Notes: a model not told the origin generated them from the letters alone. Numbered from the stretch's first letter, positions 22,676 through 35,804 are shown. The stretch is 64,000 bases of DNA from Tubulanus polymorphus (GCF_964204645.1 NC_134030.1:4134778-4198777); one strand, 5' to 3'. Program-made: numbers and translations.

Positions 22676-24919
22676 CTACATGTCGATATATTTGATACCG
22701 AATGCAGAAATCGCCGCTAACAAGCTGAATAAAGCGCTCGCCCAAACAACGACTGCGGTCGTTCCGACTGCGTGAATTATACTTCCCATACACGCCGATA
22801 GGAGGCATTGTCCTACAAAGACCATACTTCCGACGACGGCGACATCAGTTCCTAGGCCTCTCACCTGGCGACCACTTTTTGACTTTTCTAGCAACTCGCC
22901 AAACTGCAAATTTAACCAATTGACTGATAATAAAAACATCATGACTATGTACTTGAGCACACGTGTATCTGAAATTATTACCCTTGGAGTTCGACTCCAA
23001 TGATTACTCCAAGGTACAACAACTTACCTCCTGGTTGCTGTGGTAGTTGGCTAGAATGATATACGGCATCGTAAACAAAGCCGCATATATAATACCCACA
23101 CTGGGAGACAGTATAATTACCGTTAATCTTGAAGGCATTAACGACATTAAAATCATTCCAATTGTCGTCGACAACAGGCTCAAAACATATACTTTCTTCG
23201 CACCTGAAATACGTGTCAGAAAATGAATTGAAGTATAAATGTAAGTAACGAAATCCGTCGCCAATATGTAGATTGTTCTTCGATAATACGGATGCACATC
23301 ACATGGGATCGTTTGAAAATATAAGTTAGCATCGCTGGCGTAACAATAAGTGCTACTGACCAGGGGCCGGGTGCTCGAAGCTTGGTTAAACTCTAAACCG
23401 TTGGTTAAGAACTAAGTCCCAGGCTTCAAGTGAAACTTATAAAAATCATGGGATCCACTTAGTTTTAGTACTTACCAAAGCGTACTACTAGATACTCTAT
23501 GGTCAACGAATATAAAGAGCAACTTAATGAATACAACGACATGGACCCGGAGCCAAATCTTACTCCGGCGGCGTAAAGTTCTTGTTCTTCGCTGCCATCT
23601 GGAGCTGTGGGTAGCCCTCCAAAAACTACCTGACCAACGTAATCAGTGAAATACAACGAGTAGCATAACAAACTCATCCAACTGAATAAGTTCGTAACGC
23701 ACAACATAACGAGCGATTTGGGCATTTTGATTATTGAAATTAAGTACATTTTCAGGGAAACCTCTGATTCTAACACAGGCCCGGGAAGTGTAGCCTGTAG
23801 ATCGGTTTCTTCAGTGACCGGAGTCGGAAGAGGAAATGTTCTCTTCTCAACAATGTCGGTATCCGCTTGTGTTACGGTCGTTTCTGTTGCAATTTTCGCG
23901 TCTGCCCGATTATCAGAATCGTCCGAATCATCGTCCGTGAATTCTTCATAACCGAATTGCGATTTGGCGGACTTTGATGATTTCTTCGTTTTGACATCTG
24001 ATGATTTTGGCTCTATTTCGGTGAGGGATATTTCGGCAAAACTAGTTATCGATATTCCCATTAGAGCTATTAGAAGAATCAAAACTACTGTGAATATAAT
24101 ACGCACGTGACTCATAAATGATTCTCCTGATTTGGACACGGTGCCCCAGTTAACAGCCCCCAAAAGGTACCCGATAGCGCCACCTATCCCTGACACCACG
24201 GTAAACATAGTTAAACCGGCTTTGTGGTCTTCTGGTATGCAAATATCCAAAAGGTACGTCCTAGCAGGTGATTGGCTAGCGTCACAGCTGAAATCTAACA
24301 ACAACACTCCGATTACTGTAAATAGGACTCCCCACACACAATGTAGACGTGTAATCGCCAAAACACCGCCGCTAACCTCACTGGGGTTTACTGTATCTTC
24401 AGTCATATTTTTGGCGAAAACGTCATCATCCGTGGTGATTCTCGTGTGATTTGTGACGAGGGTAACATTATTCGGAGATAATCTGCAGGTATCGCCCAGT
24501 AGCAGTCCGATATCGTGACTGTTTGCTACGAGGGCCAGTCCGATTACAATAACCGCGGTATACGCGATGAGGAACGGTCGTCTGCGACCGAGACGAGAAC
24601 GACACCGGTCGCTCAGAGATCCTAACAACGGGGTTAGAATAAGCCCTAATATCGGACTTAGACACCACGTCAGTGTCATATAACGATAGGGCACGTGAAG
24701 CCGCAACATGATCGGGCTTACGAACGCAGTTTCAGCCGCGTAACACAATTCAATACCGGCAATCATTACACATATCCGTACCAATTCAAATCGGGATTTC
24801 CTGCGAGTCAGATGTTCTCTTTGTTTACGAGATCCGTCGTCGTAAACTTTTACGATATCAGTCGCGTTTATGTTTCGTAGTTTGTTTTGCAGGCAAGCCA
24901 AAGAAAGCGAACCAACCAT
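22676..24919 (-). CDS. SLC45-family proton-associated sugar transporter (MATP/SLC45A-like), ~615 aa
   Basis: Exons 24919-23476, 23203-23028, 22903-22676. Motifs GIELCYAAETAFVSP, LGSLSDRCRSRLGRRRPF, LLDFSCDASQSPARTYLLD, LYFTDYVGQVVFGG, RGLGTDVA are typical of SLC45. Confidence 0.93.
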
Positions 24920-25047
24920 CTTAAAAAGAAATGACGACACTATCAAATAGCTTTAGGACCGGTTATGATAATCCTTTTAGGTTTTTCAAATTTCGCTCAG
25001 AAACGAACAATAGCTGTACACATGTGTGGAAAATCATTTTCATATTG

Positions 25048-25453
25048 TACGGAAGCGATAAAGGGCCTCGAGATGTCGCGTTCCAACTCGACAAGTCGTC
25101 ATATTTATGTCGATATATCGCGATATATCGCGTCAAGTCGACATGAATATGTCGACATATCGTGACGTTTTGACGACATATTTCGTTTTCTCGACTATTT
25201 TCCTCGCGACAAGTCGACATATTCATGACGACTTGAAACTCAGTCGTCATATTACTGGCGTCCTCATCTTACATTTAGACGTGTCTTCAAATGACGGCTT
25301 GTCCCGTGGAAAATGAGCAAAAAAGCGAAATTTGTCGACGATATGTCGACATATTCATGTCGACTTGACGCGATATATCGCGATATATCGACATAAATAT
25401 GGCGACTTGTCGAGTTTGAACGCGACATCTCGAGGCCCTTTATCGCTTCCGTA
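25048..25453 (+). mobile_element. 406-bp CpG-rich foldback/MITE element with ~125-bp TIRs and 6-bp TSD ATATTG
   Basis: Starts tacggaagcgataaagggcctcgagatgtcgcg, ends cgcgacatctcgaggccctttatcgcttccgta; ATATTG at 25042-25047 and 25454-25459. Confidence 0.9.
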
Positions 25454-26077
25454 ATATTGAGATATAATAAAAATAATCCGTTTAGAATTCCTGAAAGATT
25501 CGTAGAGAATTGAATTGAAATTTGTTACAATTTTTTCGCGAGTTCATTACTCGAAGGAAAATGATTTTGATTTATCTTCCACCATTTTTTCATACTTTTC
25601 TTGACACATGATATCATTCATTATATTACGTCCTACTTTGACACCATCAATCATTTCAAGATGAAATTTTCAGCCGTCACGACAAATTGATGGCGCCAAA
25701 TGATAGGACATAAACGCCCTTCTTGTTTCTAAATCGGAGTAAAATGGAAATTTCATGGAAGATATTAGTGTCCCCAGTTTCCTAAAAAAAGAAAAACTAC
25801 CCTACCTTAAATGTTTTGTTACAACTCCCAATCGGAAATACTAAAACTTTGTTCTTTCTTGATGTAGATTTTCCGTAAATGAACAAACATCACACGACGC
25901 ACTGTCGCGACCAATCGCCCGATGCATTTTCTATATTGTTCATAAATGAGATTACTGCTACGTGACTTGTTGGATTACTGATGATTACAGGTGGTACAGT
26001 TTCTGATGACGGCGACACTACCGCCTTCAAATCCGTTCAGTCAATAAATACTCTACAAATACATCGACGAAAAAACA

Positions 26078-26465
26078 TCGCGTTCCAACTCGACAAGTCG
26101 CCATATTTATGTCGACATATCGCGATATATCGCGTCAAGTCGACATGAATATGTCGACATATCGTGACGTTTTGACGACAAATTTCGCTTTTTCGCCCAT
26201 TTTCCACGGGACAAGCCGTCATTTGAAGACACGTCTAAATGTAAGATGAGGACGCCAGTAATATGACGACTGAGTTTCAAGTCGTCATGAATATGTCGAC
26301 TTGTCGCGAGGAAAGTGGTCGTGAAAACGAAATATGTCGTCAAAACGTCACGATATATCGACATATTCATGTCGACTTGACGCGATATATCGCGGTATGT
26401 CGACATAAATATGGCGACTTGCCGAGTTGGAACGCGACATCTCGAGGCCCCTTATCGCTTCCGTA
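26078..26465 (-). mobile_element. Second, inverted copy of the foldback element, with one TIR truncated by ~30 bp
   Basis: Near-identical to the reverse complement of 25048-25453; right end gaggccccttatcgcttccgta intact. Confidence 0.88.
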
Positions 26466-26740
26466 CGAAGGTATTAATCGAATAGAAAAGTAAGCGCGAA
26501 TCTATCTTCACTTATTTTACTTTTCTATGCTGGAGACTTATTTGGTCAGCGAAATGTGCGTAGACTTCAGACAGTGTTCTTAATCTTAATGCATGAAGCT
26601 TAGAACTACATGTAGCACGCTTGCACGACCTTACTGTCCTCTTAGTCAATTTCACATTTCCGCTAATCAATTATAGTAAGCAAAACACCAAGGCGAACAT
26701 TTCAAATCTTTCTTTTCTTATATTAACATAGAAATATATT

Positions 26741-26782
26741 GTTGACATGTTTCGGTTTAACGCATGTTGCCTTCATCAGAAC
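26741..26782 (-). ncRNA. Minimal type-I hammerhead ribozyme (Penelope-associated type)
   Basis: Minus strand reads gtt-CTGATGA-aggcaacatgcgttaaacc-GAAA-catg-TC-aac: intact core, palindromic CAUG in place of stem III, GUC cleavage triplet, stem I gtt/aac. Confidence 0.65.
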
Positions 26783-27261
26783 CAAATCAGAACTTGGTTA
26801 TAAACCATGAGAAGAATTTGACAGAATAAAAGACAAGGTAATATAGCGATTAGAAGATTAATCTTGTTCATCTTTGTTCAATCACCTATAACTCATATTG
26901 TATATCTGCTATGTAGCAAGTGGACGCCTTGTCGTTACTATATTTCATCAGGTTGCGTGCGGCGGCCATCAAAAACAGCGCGGCTTTCAGAACACGTTCA
27001 ATATAATCTAATCAACTAAATGCATTTGTCTTATTTATGTACACCGAACGGATTTGTCACCACCCGAAGAAATCAGCGCCGTGTCGTGAAACTGGCGACT
27101 ACATGTTGTCTATCGAATTCTACCAAGAAACAATTCTTTTACGAGCTTTGTACGATTTCCAATGCGTGAATTCCTCTAGTATTGAATCCTTTTTTGAAAA
27201 TAAAAAGGAACAGAAGTCATAGTTAAACACACGATAAAACATAATTTATTTCGTAAATACT

Positions 27262-29769
27262 TCATTGTACGTCTACAGATGTTTTTGATTGTAACAATTC
27301 AGTCACTAGTTTTTCAGCTTCGATGCTTTTTGAGAGTTTATTTGCTTTTCCTTGAAAACGACCGTTCTTGCCCGCCCCTTTACCATCCAATAGCTCGGCG
27401 ATCCTGGAAAATGAAAACGGAACCAATTCCACCAATTACATTTTCTTTGATTAAATTTATGGAAACACAAGACACGCGGTAACATACCTCGGGGCGAGCT
27501 CTGAGACATGTTCAACAGGGCCATCGATCAAAAACATTCCTTGACCTTTTTCATCACCAGTAGTAAGAAACTTGAACACATTCTGAATAGAAACAGATTT
27601 TCTGACTCACACATGAATTGAAAAAGGGGCTGTGCAAAAAATCGACCTAACGAAATTGTTCACACCTTATCATTTATTCCATTTGCTACAGTATTCATGA
27701 ATTCATTGTCACCTTCTTTCCTATGAATCCTTAAGTATAACGGTTTTGGTGTTTGATTCTTGAATCTTTCGACTTCTGCTTGAGCTAGTTCTCGCAGCAG
27801 AATAGTAACATTCTGAAAACGGAGAAATCATATGAAACATGAGGTACCGTATTTAACCCGATTCATCAATTGTATTATGAACAGAAATACCTTATTGGCA
27901 GCTCTGTAAGACTTCTGAACTTTATCAACAAGTTCAATAAACTGTTCTGCTGGACCTCTGAAAGAAAATATCTAGAAACTTAGACATCATTTATGCTTAA
28001 GATTGTTTCATTTATGATCAATTAAATTACTTCAGTAATGATGTTAGTTTCTTTTCAATTTCATAACTCTTTCCCAAGTATTGTAAAACGCGGTCACCGG
28101 CAACAAATGTCAAATTTGTTTTTCCTTTCTTTCCTTTTTCAAATGCGAGTAATTTTATAGCCTGAAAGTAGAGTTCAGATTCCACATTATTGGAAATAAC
28201 TGGTTACATGATTCAGTCCATATCCATGTTATCAGTTATATTTTACAAATTCTACTTATTCATTATTTACAGTTTGATCTAACCTGTAAATGACTAAGAT
28301 TGCGAACATGAGTTCCGCAGCACATATTAGTTTCAATTCCTTGTATTGTGACAACTCGAACTGGTCCGCAATGATCGTCTGGTAACCCACGAGTTCGTAC
28401 CTGAAAAATGGATAAAAGCAAACATTTTCAGAGAAAAAAAGGTTGACCGCGTCCAAGTGATCGTAAATCTACTTATAATGCAATACCTCATTCAGAGCTG
28501 GGTCATCTTTACTGTCGAATAACTGCGGAAACATTTCTACTGATTGTCTGATTTTTTCGTTGACCACTTCCTCGAGTCGTTGCATTTCAGTATCTTTCAT
28601 ACTGACAGTATCTAACTCGATAAATGAAGTGTTTGCTCCGAGATTCCTGAAAAATGACACCATAAAATGATGTACGCTTTGAGTAATGGAAAACGATAGT
28701 GATAATAATTTTCCCTTTATGAAAAGGCTGAGAAGCCTACAACATAAAATCGATGACATCTACCTTATCTTTTAGTACGTACCAAGATGTTGTTTTATAT
28801 CCAAACATGGAATCTGCTATGGCAGTCACAAGATGCTGTCCTAAACATTTTAACAAAATAAAAAGGCTCAATTATGTTTTGGATGTCTCAACTCACTAAG
28901 CAATCATCAGCAGGTACAAAGTCACTTAATTTATGACTCCAAAGCTCTAAACACTTGGCAAATTTTACCAGAATGTTGTTGCATGTGGTCGAAACGTCGC
29001 GTCCAATCAACAGTCACTGAAACATTTTCACCGACGCTTAATGGGGTGGTGCAGAAATGAACGGCATCTTTTCCTCGACGCGATACTTGTAAAACTTCAA
29101 TACCATTCAACTGCGAATGCAAAAAGCGTAAAGAAACTATCAGGTAATGACATGAATTTTCAGTTAATTTTCAATTATGACCTTAAATACCTACAGTTCC
29201 TCTATCATCCGGCTGAAAAAAATGTTGAAATTTTGTAGTTTCTTCATTTGATCAAAGTAAAAGCGACCATTAAAATCGATGCTTCGATCCTAGTAAGACC
29301 TACTTGCCCTCCACCTTCAGGAAAAAGCACTGTATCTTCCAGTATTATTTCATATCCGTCAATTTTCTCTTTCTTATTACCATTCAATTTCACCGATGCA
29401 GCTTCGCAAGATACAACTTCAGTGTGCAACTAAAAAACACGGCATATTGATGAATAGAAGTGGGTTGCAAAAACTGTAACAAATAGTGAAATGGTCGAAC
29501 TGTCACGGTCCTGTGGTGTAGCCCGCAGAAACGGGACAAATAAGTCTGTACCGTTCGGTGCTGCCACCAAGCGGAATAATAGGAAATATCTAGGCAAATA
29601 ACGTTTTTCAGGACTTTCTAGGACCAACAACACAATGACAGCAGCGATATGTAATGATCAGTAATTCCTTAATCATTTGCTGAAGTAAGACAAATTTTCT
29701 ATGAAAACCTGTTGAGATATCATTACTTACTTCACGTAAATAGCTATCTTTTTGACAAGCTAACGCCAT
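27262..29769 (-). CDS. AARSD1: Alanyl-tRNA editing protein AARSD1 (AlaXp)
   Basis: Exons 29769-29731, 29429-29304, 29212-29195, 29110-28969, 28840-28783, 28646-28487, 28400-28284, 28161-28031, 27957-27891, 27812-27666, 27582-27488, 27403-27262. Motifs MALACQKDSY, LEDTVLFPEGGGQPDDRGT, VDWTRRFDHMQQHSGQHL, NMCCGTHV. Confidence 0.96.
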
Positions 29770-30292
29770 CTTGGATCTTGAAAATCCAGCTGACGAAATA
29801 TAATTCTTAACCGATTGCTAAACAACTCATTCTCAATAAACAACAGATAATTTAATAGAAAAATACAATATACTACATGTATGTATTAACATATGAAATA
29901 TTCAAATGTTTAAATAGACATTTTACCTAAAATTAGGCCTATAGTACATATCGTCTTTTCATCAATCTATATATAATCCGCATTTCAATTCAATAAGAAT
30001 TTATTACGTCCACCAAGAAAACCGCGATCTACACTGGAAAATAAATAAAGTCTGGAATTTAGGTATAATACCCTTTTACAATTTTACCAAACTGAAACTG
30101 GGAAACTGGATACAGGGATTGGTTTACTGGTTTTATCTGAGAATTCTTTCAAGAACAGACCAGGAATCAGACTCCACACGGGCCCAGAGGGCCTGTATTT
30201 GTATAGAATAGAAGAGACTGAAGAGAGGGACGCAAAAAATGACAAATGTCAAAAATTATCCTCGGACGGTGTGTCGTTTTTAATAGGTGAAA

Positions 30293-32537
30293 ATGTCCGG
30301 TGAAACCCTAGAACAAATGCCCGATATGTCATCTATGCGGAGTAATGTCATTTTACCAGCCGGCGGAACTGGTCAACGGATGTCAATATCGACCCCTAAA
30401 CAGTATTGTTTATTGCGAGGCAGACCGCTAATCAGTTACACAATTGAACTGTTTGAAAGGTACGAAAATATCGCCAGCAGCAGATATTGCGGGCTAATTC
30501 ATACTATTATCAGCAATTGTGATGAGTTGAGGTGTATTGAAAAAACGATTTGTTTTACATTTGTCTTTATAGGATACGTTGGATTGATTGTATATATGTT
30601 TGCGTTGCTCACTCGTGGTTAGACCACACCACTGACATCTTAATGAAATACAAGCACAAGAAAGTTCGACTCGTGGAAGCTGCTGAAACGAGACACCTTT
30701 CGATTTATAACGGCATCAAAGCTATTGATGAAGGTATAATCGAGTCAACCCTAACAGTTGAAGTTAAAACCAGACCTACTGCTAATGGTCACAGGGGCTG
30801 CAGTTGCTCAAAAGTTGGTTAGATTTCAGTAATGGATGGATAGTTGACATTGTGAAAATTAAAAGTTGATTGTTGCTGTGGTATTTATCCGCCAATTATC
30901 TTCAACCAACTTTTGAACAACTGGCCCAAGGACTTGACTGATCTTGATGGTGGAAAATGGTGGTTTGCTCTTTTTCATTCACAGATGACAGTGAATCTAA
31001 AGTGGTTATCATCCATGATGCCGTTCGTTTGTTCGTTGATGAACAAATTATTGAAGATGTTGTAAATGCTGCATTTACTCATGGTGTAAGTGTATTTGTG
31101 GTGTCTTCAAAATGTCTTTGAAGTGGCTTAATCCCGAAAGATTGATCAGAAAAAGGCAAATTTTTTACCTCTATAACCTGGTATTACCGGGGTAACCAGG
31201 CCCTGGATTTAGTTTCCATAGTTCTGAGTAAAATTTGAGCAAAAAAATTGAAAAGGAACTGATTTAAACTCGTACAATGAACTGCGGAACTGTGTCCAGT
31301 ATCCTAAGATGTTTCATCTTTTCTCAGGCCGCTGGTGTTACTAGACCTTTGATCTCAACCGTGATCGCATTAGATAAAGATGACTTTCTCGATCATTCCT
31401 TGGATAGAACGAAATATCAGGCGAGTGAGATGCCGCAAGCGTTCCAGTTCAACATCATTAAAACTGCCTATGAGAAGGTAATGAGGACGATATACATTTC
31501 ATGTACCTGAGAATCCTATGAGTTTGAACTTTAATAACACACTTTTATGTATCATTTTGTAAGGCGACTGACTATGATTTTGAATATGGTACGGAATGTC
31601 TCCACTTGGCTCAGAAATACTCGGAATGTAAAGCGAAAATCATTCGAACAACTGGAGATTTATGGAAAGTTACTTATAAACGAGATTTGTACGCCGCTGA
31701 GGCTTTACTCAAAGGTAGAATTTTTGAAACGATTTCTCTATTCGCAAAAACTAGCATGCCAGTCTCCTGTTACTGTCATCCTCCCTGGTAAGGGTTCGAA
31801 CCAGATGGTATTGCGAGTCATTGTCACAGCATGGAATATTGTTTGATTCGCGCGAACGCATAGGTACTAACAGGTACTAATGCACTCGGTTCAATCAGGC
31901 AGGGGTTCATGCTGTGGCAGAGTGTCTCGCGATGCTATCAGGTTCGAATCCCCGTTGGAGAAATATGGCTACCGTATGTATTTTGTCATATGTATTTCAG
32001 AGAAGTCGAATTCGGTTGCTTTTGTAAATTGCTGTGAGGATAATCAGTCCCTGGTCGGTGAACTCAATAAATCATTGGAAGATATGATACAAGATTCTGC
32101 GAATAATTACGTATTCATCATGAACTCAGTCGACAAAAACGAGTTGAAATTGATTCTTGAAACGTATGAACTTGAACTCACAGGTGGTGCATCTCACGCA
32201 GAGTCTGTAGTAAACGGGTTTTCTGCCTCGCATGAAAGGAGAGGATGTTTATTGTTTCTGTTTCCCCGAGAAGCAGAATCGTTTTTCCTCGAAATACGCG
32301 ATGTATTCCATGAATTTACGAACTCGTCAGCAGTTGTGATGTGTCTAGCAGTGATAATGTCTCAGGTATTCAATGAAGAATTTTCTCTTTAGTTTCAAAT
32401 GTCCTGAAGTAGCTCTATGATGAATGCTCAGTTTGTTCTCATTTCAGAACTATTCTCAGGTTGCGTCCATGGTTCGAAGTCTGATATTGGATGGTAATTT
32501 GTCGCTAAATGGACAAGTCTTGTTTGCTGCTGGATGA
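30293..32537 (+). CDS. CRPPA: D-ribitol-5-phosphate cytidylyltransferase (ISPD/CRPPA)
   Basis: Exons 30293-30459, 30573-30733, 30985-31085, 31328-31477, 31564-31714, 32001-32365, 32448-32537. Motifs [12 protein letters not shown]...[47 protein letters not shown]. Confidence 0.94.
30792..30930. mobile_element. MITE in CRPPA intron 2
   Basis: TIRs cagttgctcaaaagttggtt / aaccaacttttgaacaactg. Confidence 0.65.
31203..31299. mobile_element. Degenerate MITE family A copy, opposite orientation, in CRPPA intron 3
   Basis: ctggatttagtttccatagttctgagtaaaatttga...actgcggaactgtgtccag. Confidence 0.45.
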
Positions 32538-33429
32538 ATATATACATTCTGCATGAAAACGAATGCGATTTGTAGTTAGATATTGTGTAGATTCAATCTT
32601 GGACACAGGGTAGTTTTATTTTCCCTTTGTCTGAATAGTGCCAAATGTTTGTTTAGAATCTTAAAATTCTCAGCGTACTTGAATACTCAATATATATCAT
32701 TATTTTATCGATATCTATGTATTTGTTTTCTACAATAAATTTCAATCTACTCTATAGAATATGATTCATCTATTACTTAACGAGAGTTTTTGCTGCACAA
32801 TACAGGGATTTCCCTGGATATGAAACAATTTGTCATCGAGAAATGCTCGAATCTACTAAACACAAGTAATAATATATAATTAAATGTATTTATTTCGGTA
32901 AAATGTGAACATTTAACAAAAAGTAGACTTTACATAAAGATTTGTGTTACATGATATAAATTTACAACAGCTTCAATTTCGGATCTTAATTAATACAAAA
33001 TGAATAGTCATTATTGACATAAACTAATAGATCTTCAAGTAGGCTAGATCTTAAATTCTAAAATAATGTGATTCAAAAGTAATTCTTCAACATATTAACA
33101 GCATGCATGTTTTTAATGTGCATATTAATTATAAGGTATGCCATGTATTTACAAATGTGGAGGTATTGCGGAATGTTACAATATTGTAGTAAGGCAAATT
33201 CTAGATACCGACAGTATTTTACCAGGTAAGGTGTGAATGGGGACGGTCTGCAATTCGCTAGTTTTCTTCATTTACAAGAACATTAACAAGTCTGGTGCAA
33301 GACATCGAAAAACTTTCATGTAAATTTGACCAAGTTTTTTTTTAGTAAAATGACCCATTTTAGGCTATCATTATCACAGTGAGTGCTCGCAAAGATTACA
33401 TATGAACGAGTACTACATTGAACATCTAA

Positions 33430-33588
33430 GGGATCATTCATTTATTACGTACGCATGAATTTTTGACTTGAATTTTTTCTACCCCCCCTCCCTGTTGACC
33501 ATTTATTCATATACATTAAGCATTACAGTACGCAATTGCACTTACCACTCCCCCTCCCCTAATGCGTATGTAATAAATGAATGATCCC
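33430..33588. mobile_element. PIF/Harbinger-like MITE
   Basis: 27-bp TIRs gggatcattcatttattacgtacgcat / atgcgtatgtaataaatgaatgatccc, flanked by taa / tat. Confidence 0.75.
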
Positions 33589-33816
33589 TATAAAGAAATT
33601 ATTCTCGAAATATGTAGTACACCTTTACCATGATTTTTAGCTTGAATACATCAAAATATATACTGTTGTATACATAAAGTTACATTAGGGTTCCACAATA
33701 AATCATATATAACGAAACTCACGTGCTATCGGCTAACAAAATAGTCAAGTAGGTCTGCTATTATGAAACTCAAGTTCACCAAAAATTAGCAGTATCGTAT
33801 CTGTCATCATCCCACC

Positions 33817-35804
33817 TCACCATACAACATAACCAGCATCAGATCCTCCTGTCATCCAGTCACTCGGGCGCTGAGTAACAACCACATTAGATCCTGACTG
33901 AGCGGCCATCTGAGCAGCGTTGGGCATGCATCCCGGAGGAGGAGGCTAAACAACAAAATACATACGTTTATATCTATCATGAACAATTCGATCCTTCAAT
34001 ATAGAGACAGACCTTGCAACCATGAGCTTTTAGACTGATTGGCAAACACACTGCACAAGTTAGTAAATCCCCTGAATATTTTTTGTTGTTGTGTATGCAA
34101 TGTATCGGTAAACTATCTGTAATGTCATGTGCCAGATCTCTTTAGCAAACTACAAAAGACCTGACCAACTCCAGAGATAAACATTTTACAAGGAGGATGT
34201 TCCCGGTACCATCCAATCTCAAGTTGATGCACATTTTCAAATCTATGTGATTATCAAAATATTTTAACTGGTCAATGATAAGTATGATAATTACCGGTAT
34301 TCTTGGTCCTGACATGTCAAATCTTGCTCCGGCATCGAAACCACCGGGCATAACTACAGTCTGGGCCGGTTGTGGTTGGAAACCGCCGTATTGTGTTTGG
34401 TATCCTGTGTTCGGAGGGGCTTGAGCCGCGTAGCCGGGCGGGTATTGAGGTTGCTGGTGGACCTGCTGAGGAGCTCCATATGGAGGGTAGTACTGCTGTT
34501 GGGCAGCCTGAAAATAGAGTCATTGGATTAGAGTTCAAACTAGACCTGTAAGGAAGATACGTACACACTGCCTAACCCACAATAAACACATCTCAGCTTC
34601 TCATAAACTTACCAAAAACTATTAAACTATTAACTTGCAACTCCACATTGTGGAGGACATAATTAGTTATTTGTTCATTGTTATGAGCGAGATGAGAGAG
34701 AGGTATACTCACGGCTGAATATGGTGGTGGAGGTTCATATTGTGCAGCAGCGGGTGCGTTCTGAGGATAAGCTGAAACAATATCATAATACAACCTTTAT
34801 TACTTTACAAGGAAGGATATCATATACCGAAGAAGAGTCGTATACATGTATAGGCTTATTAATCATCTTTTTCTCGCTTATCTGTACATGAAATTCCAAA
34901 TTTTCATTTAATTATTATCCATGTTTAAATACATATATCTACTCTATATAATCATGCATCTGACTAGCTGAAGAAATGAAAAGTACAGAAAAGCAAGAAC
35001 CAGATGCCTGTTCTATTTGTTACTACAGTCAAACCCGCTTAATTCGGATCAGTTTCATCCAGTTTCTGATCTTATCCGGAATAGTATTTATAGATGTATG
35101 TAAAATATGATGTTGAATTTGGATTTCTCATTAAACCGGATGAATTATGTTGTTCCCAAATGATCCGGATTAAGTGAGTTCCACTGTATTCTATATCGTT
35201 CAGCGAACATAAAAGCTGAAAATGAAGTCTATGTATTGTATGATTACTACAGCATAATAGCTCCGTAATATATTGAGACACCTTTCATAAATGATGCATA
35301 AAAGTAATGATGCTGATAGGGGTAAGGCATTTCCGGGTAAGGTGAAAAAAACAGCATGCCTGAAAGATAATATCAGAAATATCATTCGTTTAGTCCTTTA
35401 TTAATAGTTCTGAAAAACTGAGAAAACACTTTCAATCGTTAGTTCATGGTGTAATTAACACGTTGAAACAAAACTTGAGTGAGATATTAAACTCATTGAT
35501 ATGTTATTCTTGAATATTGTGCAAATCAGTAAAAATGCGATATATTAAGATCTGACCACCTCTGGAAGCGGGGTATGGGCTATACCCATACTGTCCCGGA
35601 TAACTGGCTACGGGATAAGGCGCAATTCCTGAAAATGAAGAAAGCACTCGTATGAATATCGGCTTGGAATCTCAGCAGGGCAGTTTCCAACGCGGCGGTC
35701 AGAGAGGTGGTTGAAAGACTTGTTACATTTGAAGAGCGTGAACTTACCAGCTCCTTGTGATGGGTACGATCCTGCTGGTGCCGCTGTTGGATACGATTTC
35801 TTTT
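33817..35804 (-). CDS. DAZAP2: DAZ-associated protein 2 homologue (Pro/Tyr-rich); first coding exon not located
   Basis: Exons 35804-35748, 35628-35560, optional 35359-35282, 34771-34713, 34507-34295, 33945-33817. C-terminus GFDAGARF...IPPPPPGCMPNAAQMAAQSGSNVVVTQRPSDWMTGGSDAGYVVW matches the DAZAP2 signature. Confidence 0.88.
35026..35186. mobile_element. Tc1/mariner (pogo/Tigger-like) MITE
   Basis: TA|cagtcaaacccgcttaattcggatca...tgatccggattaagtgagttccactg|TA. Confidence 0.7.

Noticed and set aside
25048-25453. Repeated gtcgac/atatcgcg units as a CRISPR-like array
   Set aside because: No repeat-spacer periodicity and no cas genes; the units are inverted sub-repeats of a eukaryotic TIR element.
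24931-26493. Cluster of 60-99 aa ORFs, present twice in opposite orientations
   Set aside because: They are readings of the palindromic foldback element, with no protein-like features.
31785-31960. Two GGTTCGAATCC B-box motifs in a CRPPA intron
   Set aside because: No cloverleaf can be formed; at most SINE debris.
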